Below, piece after piece: positions 27,458-36,888 of a stretch of DNA of 49,493 bases (the stretch's first letter is position 1; each line of letters begins with the position of its first letter). Source of the DNA: a virus; IMG/VR virus record IMGVR_UViG_3300035102_000435, one strand, 5' to 3'. Made by a program: the position numbers and the translations under genes. The notes under the pieces were generated by a model. That model was not told the origin of the DNA, searched no databases, and worked only from the letters and a program-made list of their open reading frames with translations.

Positions 27458-29668
27458 ATGGCAAGTAGAACCACTTATCAAACTCATTTTCTTTTGGGAG
27501 CAAAAGTTCAATCTAGTATGCATAAATCTTTTTCTAAAGTCCAAAAAAATATGAAAAACATCAGAAAAAGTGCAGGCTATACCGAAAGCGCTTATTCTAA
27601 ATTAGGTAGAACCATGAAAAGAGCCTTAGGCGCTGCCGGAATATACTTTAGTGCCAGAACAATAGTCACCGCTTTAAAAAGTTCTACTCAAGCAGCAATG
27701 GAATTTGAAGATCAAATGGCTGATGTTGGTACTCTCCTAGACGGTAATGTAAAAGAAAAGTTAGGTAATTATAGTGAACAGGTTAAACAAACTGCAATTG
27801 CAACTGGTATTTCTACTGAACAACTTAACAGAGGATTATATGAAACTATATCAGCATTAGGAGAAAGTGCTGATACTTATGATATTTTTCAAAAGGCTGC
27901 AGAAAATGCTCGCGGTGGTAATGCTGATGTTCAAAACGTAGTTAAATTTCTTTCAGCCACAATGAAAGGTTATGGAGATGTAAGTGCAGAAACTGCTCAA
28001 AAAGTATCTGATTTAGGCTTTCAGACAGTTAAATTAGGACAAACAAGTTTCCCTGAATTAGCACAGAATATGGGTGATGTAGTACCTCTTGCTGGTGCAA
28101 TGGGAGCCAATATGGAGTCTGTTTTCGGGGCGATGGCCACTCTGACTGGTGTTACTGGTGATACTGCAAAAGTAAGTACTCAGTTAAGAGGTGTTTTTAC
28201 TGCTCTGACTAAACCAACTTCTGCTATGAAAGAAGTAATAAACGGTTTAGGGTACGAATCTGGTGCAGCTATGATCAAAGCGAAAGGATTCCAGGGAACG
28301 CTAAACCTTTTGAAGAAAGCAACCGGAGGATCTACAGAACAACTAAGTAAAATGTTTGGCCGAGTTGAAGCGTTAAATGCAGTTATTGCTTTAACTGGAG
28401 CCCAGTCTGAAAATTTCACAACTAAAACAGAAGCTATGTATCAAGCGGTTGGAGCAAGCAACGAAGCTTTTAAAGAAAAAGTTAAAACCTCTAAAGCGCT
28501 AAGAGAACGTTTTGGTCAATTAATTAATGTTTTAAAAATTAATTTTGGTAACAAAGTTTTACCTTATATTAATCAAGGTTTAGAGTTTATTCTTGTAAAT
28601 TACAAGGAAATGGGAGCTCAAGCCAAAGCAGCTATGGAGCCTGTTCGAGCAACATATAATTTTATAAAAAATAATTGGACTGCAATAGAACCAATTGTTG
28701 TTGGAATAACTTCTGCAATGGTAGCATATAAAACAACTCAAATTGCTTTGACTGCTGCTCAAAAAGCAGGAATGATTGTTCAAGCAATTTCTAAAGCTTA
28801 TAGTACTTTTCAGGCCACAATGAATGCAGCAAGATATTCTACATTAGCAGCAAGCAAAGCTCAGGTTGCGCTTAATCTTGCAATGTCAGCTAATCCAGCT
28901 GCAGTTGTAGCAATAGCAATAGGAGCTCTGGCTACTGCTGGATATCTAGTCTATAAAAATTGGGACAAAATACTACCTAAATTAAGAGCTTTCTATAATC
29001 TGATTAAAAACTTACCAGTAGTTGAAGCTTTTATAGGTGGAATTACTGATATATATGAATCTGGAAAAGAGACTTTTAATGGTTTAGTCAACTTTGTAAG
29101 TGGTGTTTTCACTGGCAACTGGTCAAAAGCTTGGGATGGAGTAGTTCAGGCGGTTGGTGGTTCATTTTCTTTAATAGGAGATTTAGTTAAGCTGCCAATC
29201 AATAATACTATAGGTCTGATTAATACAGCTCTCGCAGGTATTGGAAAGATTGATGTCTCAATTCCCGACTGGGTACCAGGCGTTGGTGGTAAAAGTTTTG
29301 GCCCGGATATTCCAGAGATTCCGTTATTAGCAAAAGGAACAAATAATTTTGGCGGGGGTATGGCTATAGTTGGAGAACAAGGTCCTGAATTAGTTAACAT
29401 GCCACAGGGAACTCAGGTAACAACTGCAACGAAAACTGAAACTCTTATTCAAAAACTAAAAGAAACTCCTTCTAAAGCCACTCAAGTATTAAACAACTTA
29501 AAATCTGATAATTCGACTAAAAATACTAAAATTGAAATTAATATTGAAAATATAATTAAAGGAAATGCTGATAAAAAAGATTTAGAACGCTCAAATAGAG
29601 AATTGAGAGATATGATTGAAGAAGTATTTCTTGATTTAGGCGGAAATCCACGAACCGATTTCAGTTAA
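27458..29668 (+). CDS. Tail tape measure protein
   Basis: 736 aa, Ala/Gly-rich, helical and hydrophobic segments; position after the chaperone. Confidence 0.8.
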   Translation: MASRTTYQTHFLLGAKVQSSMHKSFSKVQKNMKNIRKSAGYTESAYSKLGRTMKRALGAAGIYFSARTIVTALKSSTQAAMEFEDQMADVGTLLDGNVKEKLGNYSEQVKQTAIATGISTEQLNRGLYETISALGESADTYDIFQKAAENARGGNADVQNVVKFLSATMKGYGDVSAETAQKVSDLGFQTVKLGQTSFPELAQNMGDVVPLAGAMGANMESVFGAMATLTGVTGDTAKVSTQLRGVFTALTKPTSAMKEVINGLGYESGAAMIKAKGFQGTLNLLKKATGGSTEQLSKMFGRVEALNAVIALTGAQSENFTTKTEAMYQAVGASNEAFKEKVKTSKALRERFGQLINVLKINFGNKVLPYINQGLEFILVNYKEMGAQAKAAMEPVRATYNFIKNNWTAIEPIVVGITSAMVAYKTTQIALTAAQKAGMIVQAISKAYSTFQATMNAARYSTLAASKAQVALNLAMSANPAAVVAIAIGALATAGYLVYKNWDKILPKLRAFYNLIKNLPVVEAFIGGITDIYESGKETFNGLVNFVSGVFTGNWSKAWDGVVQAVGGSFSLIGDLVKLPINNTIGLINTALAGIGKIDVSIPDWVPGVGGKSFGPDIPEIPLLAKGTNNFGGGMAIVGEQGPELVNMPQGTQVTTATKTETLIQKLKETPSKATQVLNNLKSDNSTKNTKIEINIENIIKGNADKKDLERSNRELRDMIEEVFLDLGGNPRTDFS

Positions 29669-29672
29669 AGAG

Positions 29673-29885
29673 GTGTTTACTGTGACTTATACTACAAAAT
29701 CTGGTGATACATTTGACATTATTGCAAAAGAAAAGTTAGGAAAAGAAAAATATGCAAAAGAATTAATGCAAGCTAATAAAGACTATATAGAATTTATTAT
29801 TTTCCCAGCTGGTATTGAATTAGAACTGCCAGAAATAAATGTAGAAAGTTCTTCTGGGGAACAAACACCTCCATGGAGGGATTAA
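29673..29885 (+). CDS. LysM-like tail protein (XkdP/gpX-like)
   Basis: 70 aa; YTTKSGDTFDIIAKEKLG...ELELP resembles a LysM motif; position after the tape measure. Confidence 0.5.
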   Translation: MFTVTYTTKSGDTFDIIAKEKLGKEKYAKELMQANKDYIEFIIFPAGIELELPEINVESSSGEQTPPWRD

Positions 29886-29888
29886 CAA

Positions 29889-30896
29889 ATGAAAACCAGA
29901 AGAGCTAATCCAATAATTTATTACCAAGGCACTAATATAACTAAAAACTTAGAAAAAGAAATAAAATCATTTTCTTTTACCGATGTCGCTTCTGGATCAT
30001 CAGATACCATACAGTTAAAAGTACATGATATAACAAAAAAATGGTTATCAGAATGGGCTCCTCAAAAAGGAGATGTGATCGAAGCATCTATTAAGGTAGA
30101 AAATTGGAGCGGTGAAGGTGACATTAGAACTTTTAGCTGCGGCCAATTTATTGTTGACCGACCACGTTATAGAGGACGGCCAATTGAATTAAGTTTAAAT
30201 GCTGCAGCACTTCCTAATGATACAGATTTTACAGCTACTAAAAAAAGCAGAACTTGGAATAAAGCTAACTTAGAAAAAATAGCTCAAAAAATTGCTAATG
30301 AAAATGATTTAAATTTAGTTTTTGATTCCAGTCTTAACCCAGATATAAAGTTTGTCGAACAAAGCGAAGTCAGCGACAAGACTTTCCTTAATGATCTCTG
30401 CACCAGGTATGGTGTAGTGATGAAAATATATAAAGAAAAAATAGTTCTTTATAACGAAAAAGACTACGAAAGCAAAGAGCCGGTGACTACTATTGACGAA
30501 TCAGAATTAGAAGACTGGGACCTTGATCCTAATCTTACTGACAGCGGATATGATGGAGCTCATTTAAGTTATTTCGATCCAGAAACTGAAGAACACAAAG
30601 ATTATACTTTTATAATACCTGGAGAACCAGGTAAAAAAATATTGGAGATTAACGATTTAGTTTTTTCTCTTTCTGAAGCTGAAGCAAAAGCAAAAGGGGC
30701 TTTAAGAAAGAAAAATAAAAGTGAAATAAATTTAAAAGGCAAACTAAGTGGAGGATCTTTTTTAATTGCCGGCAACACCATAGAAATTACTGGCTTAGGT
30801 GTTTATTCAGGCAAGTATTATATTGATAAGATAATTCATAATGTAAAACCTTATAAAATGGGCCTTGAAATGCATAAAGTTCTGGAGGGTTATTAA
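29889..30896 (+). CDS. Baseplate hub/tail protein (XkdQ/late control D-like)
   Basis: 335 aa, in the position of gpD/XkdQ-type proteins. Confidence 0.5.
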   Translation: MKTRRANPIIYYQGTNITKNLEKEIKSFSFTDVASGSSDTIQLKVHDITKKWLSEWAPQKGDVIEASIKVENWSGEGDIRTFSCGQFIVDRPRYRGRPIELSLNAAALPNDTDFTATKKSRTWNKANLEKIAQKIANENDLNLVFDSSLNPDIKFVEQSEVSDKTFLNDLCTRYGVVMKIYKEKIVLYNEKDYESKEPVTTIDESELEDWDLDPNLTDSGYDGAHLSYFDPETEEHKDYTFIIPGEPGKKILEINDLVFSLSEAEAKAKGALRKKNKSEINLKGKLSGGSFLIAGNTIEITGLGVYSGKYYIDKIIHNVKPYKMGLEMHKVLEGY

Positions 30897-31450
30897 TGAG
30901 CTGGATTAAAGATAAAATTATTCAGATATTAAAAAACATGATAAGAGTTGGTAATGTTTCAAGTATAAATTATGAGCGGGGAGCTGTGAAAGTAACCTTT
31001 CCAGATAAAGATAATATTGTTACTGATCTTCTGCCCTATCTTTCATTTGAATACAATATGCCTGAGGTAGGCGATACTGTTTTATGTGTTTTCTTGCCAA
31101 ACGGGATTTCAAAAGGATTTTGCCTGGGCCAGCCTTATAGTCTTAAAAATATGCCAAAGCAGCCCGGGCCACAGTACTATTATAAAAATATCTATGATGA
31201 AGCTTTTTACCAGTATGATAAAAACTCAAAAACTCTTACTATAGATGCAGATAATATTGTGCTTAATGCAGCAACATCAATTGTCTTTAAAGCCCCAACA
31301 ATCACTCTTGATGGAGAAACAACCATAACTAAAAACTTAACTATTAATCAAAATCTTAATGTTAGCGGCACTATTTCTGCAGGTGGAGACATAAACTCAG
31401 GAGGAGCTATCATTGATACAGCCGGCAACACTAACCACCATACTCATTAG
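30896..31450 (+). CDS. Putative baseplate spike/assembly protein
   Basis: 184 aa; N-terminal OB-like region and C-terminal Gly/Asn-rich repeats (SGTISAGGDINSGGAIIDTAGN). Confidence 0.4.
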   Translation: MSWIKDKIIQILKNMIRVGNVSSINYERGAVKVTFPDKDNIVTDLLPYLSFEYNMPEVGDTVLCVFLPNGISKGFCLGQPYSLKNMPKQPGPQYYYKNIYDEAFYQYDKNSKTLTIDADNIVLNAATSIVFKAPTITLDGETTITKNLTINQNLNVSGTISAGGDINSGGAIIDTAGNTNHHTH

Positions 31451-31465
31451 AAATAAGGTGATTAT

Positions 31466-31864
31466 ATGATTGGATATTTTGGTCCGGTTATTTTTGAAAC
31501 ATCAGATAGTCGGATTTTGAATTTTAATGACTTTTCTCATGCAGCTTCTGCAAGTTATGAAAAGCATCAGATTATTGGTCAAAAACCTAGAAGTGAATTT
31601 AGCAATCCGGATTTAGAAACAATAAGTTTTACAATTAATCTGAACGGAAATCACGGAGTTAAACCACGAGACGAGATAGAAAAGTGGGCCAACATTGTAA
31701 ATCAAGGGGAAGCTTATTCGCTTGTTATAGGAAGTAAAATTGTTGGCGATGATCTCTGGGTATGTCAAAGCATAAGCTCGGCTTGGAATACAGTATTTAA
31801 CCAGGGGGAATTGTTTTCGGCTAAAATAGACATTTCTCTTGAAGAATACATTTCGGAGATGTGA
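31466..31864 (+). CDS. Putative baseplate protein
   Basis: 132-aa ORF in the baseplate gene block. Confidence 0.35.
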   Translation: MIGYFGPVIFETSDSRILNFNDFSHAASASYEKHQIIGQKPRSEFSNPDLETISFTINLNGNHGVKPRDEIEKWANIVNQGEAYSLVIGSKIVGDDLWVCQSISSAWNTVFNQGELFSAKIDISLEEYISEM

Positions 31865-31869
31865 TGTAA

Positions 31870-32172
31870 ATGATTGATACAACAAAAATTAATTTAAATT
31901 TAAACGATGATCTTGAAGAATATCAGGAAGTTATAAGGAATGTAAAAACTATACTTACCACTCCAAAAGGAACAGTTGCTTTTGACAGAGAGTTCGGAAT
32001 TGATTGGTCTATTCTTGACCAACCGATGGCCCGGGCCAAAGGCCTTTTAATTGCTGAGTATGCTAAGCAAGTAAAAAAATATGAACCCAGAGTTAAAGTT
32101 ACAGAAGTGTTATTTGAAGAACCAGACCAAGATGGAGTGTTAATACCTAAGGTGGTGTTAGAAAGTGGCTAA
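31870..32172 (+). CDS. Baseplate wedge protein (gp25/GPW-like)
   Basis: 100 aa, immediately upstream of the baseplate J gene. Confidence 0.45.
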   Translation: MIDTTKINLNLNDDLEEYQEVIRNVKTILTTPKGTVAFDREFGIDWSILDQPMARAKGLLIAEYAKQVKKYEPRVKVTEVLFEEPDQDGVLIPKVVLESG

Positions 32173-33313
32173 AATCGAAGAACTGAAACACTTACCGAAA
32201 ATAAATTTTGTCGAAACAGATGTAGAAACTATGCTCGCTGAAGCTATAGAAGGATATGAACAAGCTTATTTTGATCAGACTGGCAAAAGAAAAACACTTG
32301 CTCCCGGTGATCCAGTTAGAATTTGGATCTATTCGCAAGTTTTAAAACAATATCAGACTAATTTATTAATAGATAAAGTAGCAAAACAAAATTTGCTTTA
32401 TTATTCAAAAGATGAAAAATTAGAACATTTGGCTGCACTGTTAAGTGTTGAGAAAGATGGTCCTCAAAAAGCAATAACAACCATGGAAATTACTCTTTCT
32501 GCAGCACAAAATAATGCAGTACCTATTCCCGAAGGAACCAGAGTCACTCCTGGTAATAATATATTTTTTGAGACTACCGAATATCAAGAAGTGCCGGCCG
32601 GGGCTACAAGCTATGAATTTCAAGTTACCTGTACTGAAGCAGGGACTGTAGGGAATGGCTTTACAGCCGGCCAGATTGATACTCTTGTAGATCCAATTCC
32701 TTATACCGAATCAATAACTAATATAGATACTAGTCAAAATGGAGCTGAGGAAGAGAGCAATGAAAGTCTGACTAGAAAAGTGTATCTTAAACCAGAATCA
32801 TTTTCAGTTGCTGGCCCGGAAGGAGCATATATCTTTTTTGCTAAAGAATTTAGCCAGAGTATTATTGATATAGTTCCTACTTCTCCCTCGCCAGGTGTCG
32901 TTGATATTAGATTTATTTTAGAGAATGGAGAAATACCTGATCAAGCTATAATAGATTCTTTAGAATTGTATTTAGATGACAAAAAGAAAAGACCTTTGAC
33001 TGATAATGTTCAGGTTGGAGCTCCTGTCCAGGTTATGTATGACATAGATTTGACTTATTACATATCTTCAAACGATGAGGATATGGCTCAAAATATACAG
33101 GATGCAGTTGATCAAGCTATTGAAGATTATCAACTTTGGCAAAGAACCAAGATTGGTCGCGACATAAATCCAGATGAACTAAAAAGTAGAATAAAAGAAG
33201 CCGGGGCTAAAAGATCGGTTGTTACATCTCCCGTTTTTACTCAAGTACAGAAAACAGAGGTGGCAGCTGCAGCCAATATAACTGTTAATTATGGAGGTTT
33301 AGAAGATGAATAA
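32165..33313 (+). CDS. Baseplate J-like protein
   Basis: 382 aa, in the conserved order gp25-like then J-like. Confidence 0.55.
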   Translation: MAKIEELKHLPKINFVETDVETMLAEAIEGYEQAYFDQTGKRKTLAPGDPVRIWIYSQVLKQYQTNLLIDKVAKQNLLYYSKDEKLEHLAALLSVEKDGPQKAITTMEITLSAAQNNAVPIPEGTRVTPGNNIFFETTEYQEVPAGATSYEFQVTCTEAGTVGNGFTAGQIDTLVDPIPYTESITNIDTSQNGAEEESNESLTRKVYLKPESFSVAGPEGAYIFFAKEFSQSIIDIVPTSPSPGVVDIRFILENGEIPDQAIIDSLELYLDDKKKRPLTDNVQVGAPVQVMYDIDLTYYISSNDEDMAQNIQDAVDQAIEDYQLWQRTKIGRDINPDELKSRIKEAGAKRSVVTSPVFTQVQKTEVAAAANITVNYGGLEDE

Positions 33314-34046
33314 TAAAATAGATGAAGTTAAACTCATCGAAATACTTCCTCCAAATCTAAGAGATGATCCTGATATTATTTCAGCAAGTAAAAGCATAGA
33401 TGCTGAGCATCAAAAAACTGTAAGTAAAATTAACAGAGTTTTAACAGTTGGTGATATTGACAACGCAGAAGAAAAAGTCGTCGACCATTTAGCGCTGTCA
33501 GCTCATGCAGATTATTATGAATTAAGTTTACCTATTGAGAAAAAAAGAAAAATAGCAAAAAATGCTTATATTTTACATTATACAAAAGGAACTCCATTTG
33601 CAGTAGAACAGCTTGTCAGTGATGCATTTGATAATGCTACTGTAGAGGAATGGTTTGAGTATGATGGAGACCCTTATTATTTTAGAATTCAGGTTGAAGA
33701 TAGAATAACCGATCAAGAAGCTTTAAGAAAACTTTTAAAAGCTATTAACTCAGCAAAAAATAAACGGTCCTGGTTAGAGTCAGTTAACATCAAGCGCGAA
33801 AACATAGCCAATTTATATTTTGCATCTTTTATGCATGCTAATCAAAATGTCACTTTAAAACAGATTCCGGTCCAAGATGTTTATGATCCAGTTAATAATC
33901 TTTATGTTGCCGCAGTTAATAGACAATCTAAGGAATTGATTTTAAAACAAATACCTTTGCCCGAGGTTATAGAAAGTTCGGGCGCGTTAAAAGTTGGAGT
34001 TGCAAACAGACAAAGTACTTATTTGAAATTATACACGGAGGTGTAA
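33306..34046 (+). CDS. Tail protein (P2 gpI/XkdU-like)
   Basis: 246-aa ORF after baseplate J; position only. Confidence 0.4.
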   Translation: MNNKIDEVKLIEILPPNLRDDPDIISASKSIDAEHQKTVSKINRVLTVGDIDNAEEKVVDHLALSAHADYYELSLPIEKKRKIAKNAYILHYTKGTPFAVEQLVSDAFDNATVEEWFEYDGDPYYFRIQVEDRITDQEALRKLLKAINSAKNKRSWLESVNIKRENIANLYFASFMHANQNVTLKQIPVQDVYDPVNNLYVAAVNRQSKELILKQIPLPEVIESSGALKVGVANRQSTYLKLYTEV

Positions 34047-34607
34047 ATGATGGCCCAGTTTAATAGTTTAACGATTACTCAAGATGGTTTAGAGCTGCAG
34101 TCAAAAGCTCAGACTGGTACTACTCTAAATTTTACTAGAGCAGCAGTTGGAGATGGAGAACTGCCGGATGGTACAAATTTAATTGATTTAAGTTCTTTGA
34201 TAAATGAAAAGGAGTCTCTTAACCTTACCGATTTATTTGTAGACGGCAGCGGTAATGCTAGAGCCAGAGCTACTGTTTCTAATCAAGGTTTAGCCACTGG
34301 TTTTTATATCAGAGAGATTGGTCTTTTCGCTAACGATCCAGACAAAGGCGAAATTTTATATTGCGTAGCAAACGCCGGGCAGTATGCTGACTTTTTGCCG
34401 GCTGGAACTGGATCAGATATTGTAGAATCTACTCTTGATCTGGTAACTATTGTAGGTAATGCAGAAAATGTTACCGCTCAAATAGACGAAAGTTTAACTT
34501 ATGTTACTGTAAAAGATATTAATGACAAATTAGATCTAGAGACTGCTGATCATCAATATAAATTAGTAGTTATTGACGGATCACTTGTTTTAGAGGAGGT
34601 ATTATAA
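34047..34607 (+). CDS. Putative tail fibre-associated protein
   Basis: 186-aa ORF between the baseplate genes and the DGR target gene. Confidence 0.35.
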   Translation: MMAQFNSLTITQDGLELQSKAQTGTTLNFTRAAVGDGELPDGTNLIDLSSLINEKESLNLTDLFVDGSGNARARATVSNQGLATGFYIREIGLFANDPDKGEILYCVANAGQYADFLPAGTGSDIVESTLDLVTIVGNAENVTAQIDESLTYVTVKDINDKLDLETADHQYKLVVIDGSLVLEEVL

Positions 34608-34925
34608 ATGAAAGGATTTCCTAAAAAATTAAAGACGAAAAAAGATTATGAAAATATCGTCGATGATTTCGGCTACACTCAAAAAGTAAAAGAAGCTTAT
34701 CAGGCATTGTTAGAAACTGATCAGCATTATGTATTTGATAAAGAACTGGCAACTGAGGATGAAAGGACTGGCCCGCTCCCTGATTATAAAGTAATGAAAG
34801 AAGATGAACAGGAAACCGAGACAGTCAGAATTGTTCAGTACAAATTAGTAGATAACCCTGACTCAAAGCTAAAAGAGTTAGGTTTTACAGAATTCGAAGT
34901 TCAAGAGGTGATTGACTTATGCTAA
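34608..34925 (+). CDS. Hypothetical protein (tail fibre region)
   Basis: 105-aa acidic ORF. Confidence 0.35.
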   Translation: MKGFPKKLKTKKDYENIVDDFGYTQKVKEAYQALLETDQHYVFDKELATEDERTGPLPDYKVMKEDEQETETVRIVQYKLVDNPDSKLKELGFTEFEVQEVIDLC

Positions 34926-35956
34926 GTGTAGTAGGAGTAGATAGTCCTGCTTTTTATAATGCAGAGGGAAATATAGAAAAGACAGCAGGAGTCCAGGGAG
35001 TAGACATCCCGGCCTTGGCATTAAGAATTAATAGGCAAAACTTAAAAGTTGAATCAGCATCAGCACTAACTGCCGCAGATAATGATGGCAGTTTTTCTAG
35101 TTTTGCGATGGGTACTGATTATTATATCTATGCCTGTCAACCAGCAAGTGGTATTGAGCCAGATTTTGTGCTTTCAGCTAACTCTACTTATCCAGATGCA
35201 ATACCTTCCGGAGTTACACCCAGCGTTGATAATACCAGGAAGATTGGTGGCTTCCATTATGGACGAGTAAGGAACAGTTCAACAGCTTCTGATGTATCAG
35301 AAAGTATTGTACCTAACTCAGTCTGGGACCTTGTTAATCGTCCAAAGTGCTCCCCTGAGGGGATGGCTAAGGTCGGCAACCTTTGGGTTGATATTTATCT
35401 AGCATCTGATGATGGTAACGGTGGTGTTGAATCAAAATATAATGCAACACCTATTACCGGTACTGAGGGCTTAAGCTGGTACAGTTTTGCAGAGAGGTTT
35501 GTGAAGGTAGATAAGCGGATGGCATCAATGTCAGAGTGGACAGCATTAGCTCAGGGCAGCCCTCAGGGTAATGATGGCGACAATGTCAATGCCTGGTCTG
35601 CTACAAGTAACAGTGGTAGAACATCTACTGGTTCTGTAACTAATGCTATCAGTAATTATAATATTGTCGATTGTGCCGGTAATGTTTGGGAATGGTTAGA
35701 TGAGGTTTCAATTAGACAGGATTCTACAACCTGGCAATGGTATGATCCAGCAACTGACTTTAATGAAACAATGGAGTCTGGATGGGACCAGCTTGGTGAT
35801 ATGTACTTACCTAATGCAGATGGTCTTTCAGCTTTCCGCGCCGGTGGCCATTGGGATGATGGTGTTCGCTGTGGTGCTCGCGCGTTGAGCCTGATCGACA
35901 AGCCTTGGTACGTGTACTCGACTTTCGGGTCTCGTGGTGTCTGTGATCCTCTGTAA
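34919..35956 (+). CDS. DGR target: tail fibre/receptor-binding protein with C-terminal C-type-lectin/FGE-like variable domain
   Basis: 345 aa; GNLWVDIY and GNVWEWLDE motifs typical of the FGE/CLec fold; the last ~38 codons form the variable repeat. Confidence 0.8.
   Translation: MLSVVGVDSPAFYNAEGNIEKTAGVQGVDIPALALRINRQNLKVESASALTAADNDGSFSSFAMGTDYYIYACQPASGIEPDFVLSANSTYPDAIPSGVTPSVDNTRKIGGFHYGRVRNSSTASDVSESIVPNSVWDLVNRPKCSPEGMAKVGNLWVDIYLASDDGNGGVESKYNATPITGTEGLSWYSFAERFVKVDKRMASMSEWTALAQGSPQGNDGDNVNAWSATSNSGRTSTGSVTNAISNYNIVDCAGNVWEWLDEVSIRQDSTTWQWYDPATDFNETMESGWDQLGDMYLPNADGLSAFRAGGHWDDGVRCGARALSLIDKPWYVYSTFGSRGVCDPL
35833..35945 (+). repeat. DGR variable repeat (VR)
   Basis: 113 bp aligned without gaps to 36359..36471; the 11 differences all fall at positions where the template has adenine. 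Confidence 0.85.
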
Positions 35957-36039
35957 TTCGTGATTTGATAATCTGTTTTTTTATTAAGGTGTGAATATTT
36001 ATCAAAAATCTAACAATACATCAAAAAGTATATGATCTA

Positions 36040-36336
36040 ATGGTTTGGTTTTTCCCGATCGTGGATAACTTTCCGAAGTATGAAAAATTTGTACTTTGCA
36101 CTCAAATAAAGAACTCTATATTAGATATTTCAAAAATCATTATTGAAGCAAATAAAACCAGAGGTAGTAAAGTGAGGTTTCTGCATCGGGTAGATGTCCG
36201 GCTTGAGCAATTAAGAATGCTAATCAGGTTTGCTCATGAAAGGCATTACTTAAACCATTCTAAATATGAAAATGTATCTAAAAAAGTTGATGAAATAGGA
36301 CGCATGCTTGGGGGTTGGATCAAGTCATGCGATTAA
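36040..36336 (+). CDS. avd: Accessory variability determinant (Avd-like four-helix-bundle protein)
   Basis: 98-aa ORF between VR and TR; the C-terminus (VDEIGRMLGGWIKS) resembles the Bordetella phage Avd C-terminus (EVGRILGSWIAR), from memory. Confidence 0.7.
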   Translation: MVWFFPIVDNFPKYEKFVLCTQIKNSILDISKIIIEANKTRGSKVRFLHRVDVRLEQLRMLIRFAHERHYLNHSKYENVSKKVDEIGRMLGGWIKSCD

Positions 36337-36358
36337 ATATTTGGGGTTAAGAGCGTTT

Positions 36359-36471
36359 TTTCCACGCCGGTGGCAATTGGAATGATGGTGTTCACTGTGG
36401 TGCTCGCGCGTTGAACCTGAACAACAAGCCTTGGAACGTGAACTCGAATATCGGGTCTCGTGGTGTCTGTG
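36359..36471 (+). repeat. DGR template repeat (TR)
   Basis: Non-coding copy of the VR; 22 adenines, many in AAC/AAT triplets in the VR-aligned frame, 11 of which differ in the VR. Confidence 0.85.
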
Positions 36472-36495
36472 CTCTTCATGCAAAAATCTTTCAGA

Positions 36496-36519
36496 CAGTA
36501 GTGGTTACGGCCACTACTG
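36496..36519 (+). other. Hairpin in the TR-RT spacer
   Basis: Perfect 9-bp inverted repeat CAGTAGTGG / CCACTACTG around a 6-nt loop, 25 nt downstream of the TR. Confidence 0.4.
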
Positions 36520-36888
36520 CAGTGTTTCTAGAAATGAGGAACAGGCTTTTAATCCCTGCTGAGATACTTTTTTAAAGTCAATCCAGCAAAAAATTTAGAT
36601 TGCTAGCCAGGCAGCAAGTATTGAAAAATAGAAAGTTGTCACAGTCAGCGACTGCCCGTTCTCATTTGAGCGGGCTTTTAATTTCCACCCATAAATAGAG
36701 AAAGTGGTGATAATATTCCAAAAAAATTTAAGAATCTATATCCAAAAATATACGATTTTGAGAACCTATACATTTCTTATGAAAATGCTAGAAAATCTAA
36801 ACGATATACTAACCAGGTCCTTAAATTTACTAATCAGTTAGAAAGCAATTTAATTAACATTCAAAATCAGCTCATCTGGAAAGAATAT

